A stretch of DNA of 64,000 nt, taken from positions 1-64,000 of the IMG/VR virus record IMGVR_UViG_3300049435_000061. One strand, given 5' to 3'. How positions within the stretch are numbered: position 1 is the first letter of the stretch; each line of letters begins with the position of its first letter. This stretch comes from a virus. The notes below the pieces were generated by a model that saw only the letters and a program-made list of their open reading frames with translations, had not been told where the DNA came from and searched no databases. Both the position numbers and the translations under genes were made by a program. Of this stretch, positions 8,919 to 15,276 are shown in pieces.

Positions 8919-9250
8919 CTGATGTAGGTTCCGACGACGACACTGTCATAGTCGTATCGGGTTTCGACACGGCCACGGTCGTCTTCGATAACAGGCCAAC
9001 GGAACACAACACCGGAATAGAACGAATCCGACTGGTACAAATCCCAGTCGGTGATCCCGATGTTGCGTGCCAGTCCATCGCAGTCGGTGGTGTCATACCA
9101 GCGATTGCGATACTGGACGAAACGCGGTGAGAATTCATCCTCGCCGGTCACGTAGTCGAAGTCTTTGCGAGCCTCAACCGGCAGCTGGTCAAACGCCACC
9201 AGCTCACGCCAGTGGTAGTTGGTCGTGATTTTCACGTGCTTGTCCATCAT
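8915..9250 (-). CDS. hypothetical protein
   Basis: ORF ending in element 7. Confidence 0.75.
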   Translation of the reverse strand: MMDKHVKITTNYHWRELVAFDQLPVEARKDFDYVTGEDEFSPRFVQYRNRWYDTTDCDGLARNIGITDWDLYQSDSFYSGVVFRWPVIEDDRGRVETRYDYDSVVVGTYIS

Positions 9251-9523
9251 TCACTTCCCAACGGGGTATTCTTCGACAAGTTTGCGCAGGCCGAACATGC
9301 TGTCAGACGGCAGTTCCCGCACATAATGTGTGAGCACGGATGCCTGACCGACATCCTGCCCGTCAATCAGCACCCGCGCCGTCTTGTGGTCGCGGGCACC
9401 GGCAGGCATTAGCTCTGCGCGACCTTCGCGGGCCGCTGTGAGCACCATGCGGCGCGCTGCCGAATAGTTGTGCACGGCCAGCGCGTCACGGACCTGCGCG
9501 ACGAGGGTGATTGTGTTACCCAT
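9251..9523 (-). CDS. hypothetical protein
   Basis: SAS-led ORF. Confidence 0.7.
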   Translation of the reverse strand: MGNTITLVAQVRDALAVHNYSAARRMVLTAAREGRAELMPAGARDHKTARVLIDGQDVGQASVLTHYVRELPSDSMFGLRKLVEEYPVGK

Positions 9524-9566
9524 TGTTGTCTCCAATCTTGTTGGCGCGCAGCGCGTTGCTACGCAA

Positions 9567-9629
9567 TGGTGCTGAACACACCAGCAGCTCACACGGACGC
9601 GAACGCCCGTGTGGCTGAGTCATGTTCAG
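9567..9629 (-). repeat. hairpin element 8 (type B)
   Basis: TGA 9626-9628 in arm; alternative stem TGGTG/CACCA. Confidence 0.9.
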
Positions 9630-10549
9630 TTGTAGTCGGGTTCCAGCTGGTCGTAGTGCGACTTGCGTCCCGCCACCAGAATTTTGTCGGTGACACTGAA
9701 GATGGATCGCACCACGTTGTCGTTGACGGCCAAGTTGCCGTCATCGTCCAGGTAGTCGACGGTACTGCCTTTCAACCACCCTTGGATGTACGCACGGCTG
9801 CTGGCGGCGTCGAACTGTTCGACGTCCAGTTCTGTGCAGACCAGCAGTGCGACGGCCTCGGCTTGGAACTCCCGAATGTCGCGCGGGTGCTCTTTTTTGG
9901 TGCCGTGGTCTTCGGTGTGGCCCAACAGAATGTGCGCCCACTCATGGATCATTGTTTTGAACGGCGACACAGCTACCGGGTTGAGCGCAAACTTGCGGTC
10001 AACACTGTAGCCTTGCACGTTGCCGTCGTGATGGCTGAACCGGGTTTCGGTCACATCCAACACGTCGGCGGCCTGCTTGCGATCCCAGCTGGGCAACGTC
10101 GGCATCGGCAGATCGGGTCCTTCCGTTTGGAACAGCTGGAACACTGAGGCTTTCGGGTAGAACCCGACAACCTTCATCTCTGCTTTACCGTTGGCTTTGA
10201 GGATCGTGTTGCCGTCGTGGTCACGTAGCGGCGCGAACTGCGGGTGGTTCACCCACAGCGCGGAGCCGGGTCCGCTGATCACTTTGCGGTCCAACGACTG
10301 CCATTTGCGGAACGTTGCTATCGGCTCAAACTGCCCGGTCTGCATAAGCACCAGGAGAATGTTGAGCATCGAGTAGCGGTGAAACCGGTTGTAGCAGTTC
10401 GACAACCTTCCCGGCGCTGTCAGCGCGAACTGAAGAACCGCGACCAGATCAATCTTGCCGTTGTCGTGCAACGGCAGGTCAGACTTGGTGACGTCGCGGC
10501 GACCTTTGCTCGGCTTGGACGCCTTGCGGGTTTGGGTTGCTGTTGTCAT
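9626..10549 (-). CDS. ArdC-like ssDNA-binding / zincin anti-restriction protein
   Basis: FHRYSMLNILLV...ATFRKWQSLDRKV N-domain; HEWAH and EFQAEAVA zincin motifs. Confidence 0.75.
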   Translation of the reverse strand: MTTATQTRKASKPSKGRRDVTKSDLPLHDNGKIDLVAVLQFALTAPGRLSNCYNRFHRYSMLNILLVLMQTGQFEPIATFRKWQSLDRKVISGPGSALWVNHPQFAPLRDHDGNTILKANGKAEMKVVGFYPKASVFQLFQTEGPDLPMPTLPSWDRKQAADVLDVTETRFSHHDGNVQGYSVDRKFALNPVAVSPFKTMIHEWAHILLGHTEDHGTKKEHPRDIREFQAEAVALLVCTELDVEQFDAASSRAYIQGWLKGSTVDYLDDDGNLAVNDNVVRSIFSVTDKILVAGRKSHYDQLEPDYN

Positions 10550-10571
10550 TTTGAGTCTCCAATCTTGTTTT

Positions 10572-10634
10572 TGGTGCTGAACACACCAGCAGCACACACA
10601 GGCACGGATGTCTGTGTGGCTGAGTCATGTTCAG
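10572..10634 (-). repeat. hairpin element 9 (type B)
   Basis: TAA 10635-10637 abuts CTGAAC; upper stem nearly identical to element 7. Confidence 0.9.
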
Positions 10635-10967
10635 TTAGTCGCCAATGGCGTAGCCGTCGATGCCGCCGCAGCGACTACATTCGACGGCGTCATGCCAGGC
10701 GTGTTGCCGATATACGGCGTCGTCTTCACTGTGGCAGTAACGGCAGCGCACTTTCGGCGAAACATAGTGCGCCGCTTTAGGTATTGTCGGGTCAGCGTGA
10801 AGCCATTCACCCATGCCGTATGATCCACCGTTCGGATCGTAAACGAGCTGTTCATCACATGTCTTGCAGTGGTGAACGTCTGGCAGTATTTCAACGTCAA
10901 TGGTGGGAAGTGTGCAGTAGTTGCCTCGTTTGGCATCCGCAAACATCTCTAACGTTGTGCTCATCAT
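10635..10967 (-). CDS. Cys-rich hypothetical protein
   Basis: Three CxxC pairs; SAS-led. Confidence 0.75.
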   Translation of the reverse strand: MMSTTLEMFADAKRGNYCTLPTIDVEILPDVHHCKTCDEQLVYDPNGGSYGMGEWLHADPTIPKAAHYVSPKVRCRYCHSEDDAVYRQHAWHDAVECSRCGGIDGYAIGD

Positions 10968-10983
10968 TGTCTCCAATCTTGGT

Positions 10984-11082
10984 TGGGCTGAGATACCCAG
11001 TGGCGCAGTCAGACGCAACTGTAAGCGTCGCCAGGGGCGGCGAGATGCGCTGTTGGCGTCTGACTGGCCAAGTGTTTCTCAG
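10984..11082 (-). repeat. hairpin element 10 (divergent, long)
   Basis: CTGAGA/TCTCAG base, CAGTCAGACGC/GCGTCTGACTG stem; alternative stem TGGGT/GCCCA; TGA 11084-11086 adjacent. Confidence 0.75.
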
Positions 11083-11083
11083 A

Positions 11084-11233
11084 TCAGTGCGTATGTTCGT
11101 ACAAGGCAATCATTGTCGCTACTGTCACAACGACAACGAGTAGGCACAGCATGATGTGAACAACGAGCAGCGCGGCGGATGTCGCGCCAATCATCATCAC
11201 GGCGATGCGCAGGGCATCGAGTGCGGCGTTCAC
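11084..11233 (-). CDS. 49-aa membrane peptide
   Basis: Manual ORF, GTGA-coupled, hydrophobic. Confidence 0.55.
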   Translation of the reverse strand: MNAALDALRIAVMMIGATSAALLVVHIMLCLLVVVVTVATMIALYEHTH

Positions 11234-11457
11234 AGTGCGGCCCACCAGAAGCGGCGGACGGCGCGGTCAAACTCGTGTTGTGCGTGCATACGGTCAATCA
11301 CATTCTCACGCTGCGGCTTTTGTGTCGGCACGAAACGTATTGTGGTGACCGGTGCGACCGGGTGGCTTGATTGCTTGTCGAAGGCGAGTCGCACGATATG
11401 GAACTCGGGCGGACGCGGCGGCACGACGTTCAGCTTTGGGCTTCCAGGTACATGCAT
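11230..11457 (-). CDS. hypothetical protein, first gene of early operon
   Basis: SAS variant upstream. Confidence 0.6.
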   Translation of the reverse strand: MHVPGSPKLNVVPPRPPEFHIVRLAFDKQSSHPVAPVTTIRFVPTQKPQRENVIDRMHAQHEFDRAVRRFWWAAL

Positions 11458-11477
11458 TGCGATTCTCCAATCTTGTT

Positions 11478-11955
11478 GCTAGTGAAAAGCGCACTAGCAC
11501 GCGGTCGAGGACATCTATAAATCCCCGTGAAACCCAACCAGTCGGTGAGACTGGTTGGGAATCATGGAAATTCAAGATTAGAGGAGACTATTCTCAACTA
11601 TTACAGCTCACTACAATTTCACGGTGCGGGTCGCGGGACACAAGTCTCAGATAAATGTTCTCGCAGAAGCTTCATCAGCATGACACGCACTTAAGTCGGA
11701 TACTCTCGTGGGCTGCATTCGTCTCTATAGGGCATATGTTCATTGCGCGTAGACGGTTTCGGTCACTCTTGAGTGGTCGCTGGTCGTCTCGGTCGTTGGG
11801 CGCGGCTTCGGGCTTTGCACTGATCAACGGTGGTCGTAGCGCGTCTCATATGTCTGTGTCTCTCGGGCTGGTTCACGGAGTGGGTTCAGGCGCGGAAGCG
11901 GCTGCTGGTCAAACGGTGTCCCTGGGACTTGTTTTGATCGGTATGTACTTGTACA
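11478..11955 (-). ncRNA. candidate structured 5' leader or sRNA
   Basis: No credible ORF; several hairpins; anti-SAS segment at 11573-11588; five GAGAC copies. Confidence 0.45.
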
Positions 11956-11959
11956 TCCG

Positions 11960-11989
11960 ATCATAGTAAGACGGGTGTACGGAAGTCAA
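11960..11989 (-). promoter_or_regulatory. SigA-like promoter for the early operon
   Basis: TTGACT-N18-TATGAT. Confidence 0.7.
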
Positions 11990-12203
11990 GTAAAACAAGC
12001 AGTTAGCCAGGAGTCACAGTAAACTCACATACGTGCAGCTCAGAGCACTGCCGACCATGGTTGATCTTGTTTGCTTAGTTGCCAGAAATGTGGCGAATGT
12101 GGACGGTGTTAAACCGGTCAACACATGTGGTGAAAGTGCAGGATCAGAATGCACAAAACGTGATCTTTCCACTGGGACAACACATCTCGCCCAGGTGCGA
12201 CTA

Positions 12204-12233
12204 TTGTCGCAGCTCACAGCGTCGGCGTAGCAT
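12204..12233 (+). promoter_or_regulatory. promoter for a probably leaderless lipoprotein mRNA
   Basis: TTGTCG-N18-TAGCAT ending 7 nt before ATG12240. Confidence 0.45.
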
Positions 12234-12239
12234 GTCGAC

Positions 12240-12689
12240 ATGGGTGAGCACAACACAGCATTCCCGACGCCCACAGCGACGCTGGGACACGACCAACATC
12301 CCCGACGTGCAATCACACGGTCGGCCACAGCAGCGGCAGCAGGGGCGCTGTCAGCGCTTGTTTTGTCCGCGTGCACCGCGACCGGCACAGGCGACGTCGG
12401 ACACCACGTGCCACCGATGCGCTCGGACGGCACCTTCTGGTTCATCGACTCAACAGAAGCGGGCACATGGGAAACAGCCGGGTCGGCGCGGGTCAACGGC
12501 AACGACTGCTCGTGGAACCTGTTTCTCAACCCGCCCGGCGAGATGGAGCAGAGCTTCAAAGACACCGACTGGGCCGAGTATCAGATCAGCCGTGGCGATG
12601 TGGCGGTCGGACAGCCCGCCCGTGTGACGCTGGCTGACGGGCAGTTTTTTACTTCCAACGGCTGCGCCGACTGGCAGCGCGTCGACTAG
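12240..12689 (+). CDS. lipoprotein
   Basis: Signal peptide with lipobox LSAC. Confidence 0.75.
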   Translation: MGEHNTAFPTPTATLGHDQHPRRAITRSATAAAAGALSALVLSACTATGTGDVGHHVPPMRSDGTFWFIDSTEAGTWETAGSARVNGNDCSWNLFLNPPGEMEQSFKDTDWAEYQISRGDVAVGQPARVTLADGQFFTSNGCADWQRVD

Positions 12690-12985
12690 ACGACGGCGTT
12701 GACGTCTATGGGAATCACCTCGGCCAACTGGTCGACCGCCTGTCGGCGTCCCAGCACATACGCCGCACCCGCAAACATCCACGCCCACGGGTCAGCCCAT
12801 CTCGGCCAACGCCGCGACAGGTGCGCCGCTGTCAAAAGGATCGCCGCGTCGGTGAGAATGGGCTGTGTCGCGCGGTAACGATCCATCGCATCGCAAAGCT
12901 GTTCACGCTGGTAGGCAACAGCCCAAATGTTGTGCACGACAGCCGCGACCGGTACGGCTGCCCAAAAAACGTTGGACGGCTTCAC
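12686..12985 (-). CDS. membrane protein, end of late operon
   Basis: Hydrophobic segments. Confidence 0.65.
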   Translation of the reverse strand: MKPSNVFWAAVPVAAVVHNIWAVAYQREQLCDAMDRYRATQPILTDAAILLTAAHLSRRWPRWADPWAWMFAGAAYVLGRRQAVDQLAEVIPIDVNAVV

Positions 12986-12991
12986 TGATGA

Positions 12992-13573
12992 TCACCTACT
13001 TGTAAGGACGTTCATTACTATAATGACGGCGGTCAAAACAAGACCGAGCACGCCGACCAGGTATCCCCAATTTTCTTTCCCGGTGACCTGTCGGGTGGTG
13101 GCCGCCTGAAACCCTTTGTCGATGGTCGACTGTATCCGTTTGACATGTTCGTCCAGCCCTGTGAATCGAGCATTGAATTTTTCATCTAAAGCACGGAACT
13201 GGGTGTCGGCTTCAACGCGCGAAATCAGTGTGGACTGAATGTCGGCCAGCTGTCCACGAAACTCGTTGACATTCTCAAACCGCTTCTCGTTGGCGGTGTT
13301 CGCTTTCTCCACAGCCTCTTTCGCAGCCAGAAGGGCTGCCTGCACAGCCTCTTTGTCGGCAGCTCGTGCGGTTTTCATCGCCTCCTGCTGGGACACGAAA
13401 GCCGCGTCGAGTGCTTTGGTTTGCGTCGTGTATCGCTCATCCAGCATTCTGCTAAGAGCATCTATCTGCGTTGCGGTCAAAGCGTTGGCGGCAGCCTGTT
13501 GCGTTCGCAGATGCAGAAACAGCAGGTCGGGTGTCCAACCGGACGGCTGCTGTTCGGTTTCACCAGACATCAT
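12992..13573 (-). CDS. coiled-coil protein with C-terminal TM
   Basis: Heptad-rich body, hydrophobic C-terminus. Confidence 0.75.
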   Translation of the reverse strand: MMSGETEQQPSGWTPDLLFLHLRTQQAAANALTATQIDALSRMLDERYTTQTKALDAAFVSQQEAMKTARAADKEAVQAALLAAKEAVEKANTANEKRFENVNEFRGQLADIQSTLISRVEADTQFRALDEKFNARFTGLDEHVKRIQSTIDKGFQAATTRQVTGKENWGYLVGVLGLVLTAVIIVMNVLTSR

Positions 13574-14043
13574 CGCTCCTGGTCTTCGGATTGCCTGGTC
13601 GTCTTGAGTGTTTGATCTTCTGCTTGCCGCTGTCGGGCATTCGCCTGCTGTTGAGCCAAAATGTCGTCGTCTTCACGGTTTCTGACTTGCATCAACTCCC
13701 GATCCTGCCTGTCCCGTTCCTCCCGATCCGGCCTGGGGCGAATGGTGGGCGGGCGGGGAAAGTCGGGCCGCTCGACGTGGATAATCTCATACGCACTGCG
13801 CATCCACGGCCCAATCTCGTCTTGCAGCAGCGACCACAGATAGTCAACATCTTGTGTGGTTGCCTGCCAGCGGTCACGCAGCTCCTCGTTTCGGTCATCG
13901 TCTGCCAGTTTACGTTTCAGCTCCAACCCGCGCAGCTGTTCATCGTTGAGCCGCTGCGTGCGCCTACTGGTTAGAACGGGAACGACGATGACGCCAAGCA
14001 ATGAGATGAACGCCACCACAAGGGGTATCCACCACGTGGTCAT
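13570..14043 (-). CDS. N-terminal TM plus coiled-coil protein
   Basis: WWIPLVVAFISLLGVIVVPVL. Confidence 0.7.
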   Translation of the reverse strand: MTTWWIPLVVAFISLLGVIVVPVLTSRRTQRLNDEQLRGLELKRKLADDDRNEELRDRWQATTQDVDYLWSLLQDEIGPWMRSAYEIIHVERPDFPRPPTIRPRPDREERDRQDRELMQVRNREDDDILAQQQANARQRQAEDQTLKTTRQSEDQER

Positions 14044-14555
14044 TGCTTCGCCCAATGCTCACATTCGGGATGGTTTTTGTAGTGCTGTATCCGCCAAATC
14101 TCTTTGATCACAACAGTGTCTATGTGGATCAGCGCGAAAAATATTCCAAACGACAAACCCAACGCCATCAGTTGCGGCCACAAAAGGTGGGCAACAAACG
14201 TCAACCGGTACAGGTAGAACCCGAGACTTGTCACCACCGACAGCTGCCCGAAAACACCGCAGCCGTACGGTGTGCGAAGATCCACGTTGGCGTCACGGAA
14301 AAATTTCCCGACACCCATGCAGCACGCTATCAGGCACAGACCCGATCCCCATACTATGAGCAGACCCAAAATCCTGTTGGCGTCCGGTGAAAGCAGGGGC
14401 AGCCCAACCATTGCTGGCCGCAACACGATAGCCAAACCGACCACCGACAAACCGAGGTGGACCCACACATACATCCGCGAATGGTCGATGCGCACCGGGA
14501 ACGACTTGTGTGCCCAACGGATATACCAGTCGCGCACACGGGTTTTCAGGTTCAT
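14040..14555 (-). CDS. multi-pass membrane protein
   Basis: About four hydrophobic segments. Confidence 0.7.
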   Translation of the reverse strand: MNLKTRVRDWYIRWAHKSFPVRIDHSRMYVWVHLGLSVVGLAIVLRPAMVGLPLLSPDANRILGLLIVWGSGLCLIACCMGVGKFFRDANVDLRTPYGCGVFGQLSVVTSLGFYLYRLTFVAHLLWPQLMALGLSFGIFFALIHIDTVVIKEIWRIQHYKNHPECEHWAKQ

Positions 14556-15007
14556 GGCAGCGGCACCTCCGGTACCGACACTGACGGCACCCCAATCGAC
14601 GGGTCCACAACAACTATGATCGGCGGAACCGTAACCAGTGGTGGCGACGCCGGATTGGTGGATGTTACGGTGCGCGGCGCGTCCTCCACCGGGGGCGACA
14701 CAACAACGGTGGCAGTCATGTTGCCCAACGGACCTGGCGGTACAACGGGCGTGCCAGGCGGCGTACCAGTTGGCGACGGCGGCAGGCGGCGGTCAACAAC
14801 AGCAGACGGTGACGCTGGCCCCACCATCGGAAGCACAACGCCGGGAGCGCCGAAGGCGGGCGCACCAGGCGGTAGCTGGTTTTCATTGGATGCGCCCAGC
14901 GTTGCCCATGAAACACCGACCAAAGTGAGGATTCCCGCCAACAGTACAGTCATGTCGTACCTAAACCTTTGCTGCTCAAGGCTTCTTGTTTCGACCTGCC
15001 GGTGCAT
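14552..15007 (-). CDS. TM-anchored Pro/Val-rich protein
   Basis: N-terminal TM, low-complexity ectodomain. Confidence 0.6.
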   Translation of the reverse strand: MHRQVETRSLEQQRFRYDMTVLLAGILTLVGVSWATLGASNENQLPPGAPAFGAPGVVLPMVGPASPSAVVDRRLPPSPTGTPPGTPVVPPGPLGNMTATVVVSPPVEDAPRTVTSTNPASPPLVTVPPIIVVVDPSIGVPSVSVPEVPLP

Positions 15008-15265
15008 TTATTTCTCGTGACGACCAGCGGTCCCGGTGGTGACCAGGGATGGGCTGTCGGAGCTACCGAGCGGGATGGAACCCAACGACGTCGCCACCGA
15101 CAGCACCGCGCCGGAAAGTGCAGCGCCGACAATGATCTTCCAGTCCAGGCTGTAGGCGTTGGCCACCGGTCCGACATGGTCGGCGACGACGACACCGGCA
15201 ACAAACTGGCCCGCCGTCTTGACGGCACGTTCTGCGACCTGCTTCCAAAAAATAAGTGTGAACAT
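15008..15265 (-). CDS. holin (r1t-like)
   Basis: MFTLIFWKQVAERAVKTAGQ...DWK...LSVATSLGS. Confidence 0.85.
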   Translation of the reverse strand: MFTLIFWKQVAERAVKTAGQFVAGVVVADHVGPVANAYSLDWKIIVGAALSGAVLSVATSLGSIPLGSSDSPSLVTTGTAGRHEK

Positions 15266-15276
15266 GGTGTTGCCTT

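Larger units (their letters stand above)
4561..11477 (-). repeat. 11 copies of start-associated sequence (SAS) AACAAGATTGGAGAC
   Basis: Plus-strand GTCTCCAATCTTGTT or close variant at 4561, 5133, 6260, 7194, 7731, 8515, 8840, 9528, 10555, 10969, 11463; each a few nt upstream of an ATG. Confidence 0.95.

Noticed and set aside
4586-9629. SECIS elements, hammerhead ribozymes or simple terminators
   Set aside because: Stops include UAA; no CUGANGA/GAAA core; no U-tract directly after the stems
2766-11477. Classical integron (IntI plus attC array)
   Set aside because: AAC/GTT is not invariant (AGC/GCT in element 6, AGA/TCT in 10); the better-folding strand is the sense strand; the integrase is convergent at the distal end, shows no obvious IntI-specific insertion and is explained by attP. 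A non-IntI recombination role is not excluded.
4561-11477. CRISPR array
   Set aside because: Repeats are separated by whole genes of variable length; no cas operon
11655-11966. 103-aa plus-strand ORF in the leader region
   Set aside because: No RBS, atypical composition, antisense to the predicted early leader
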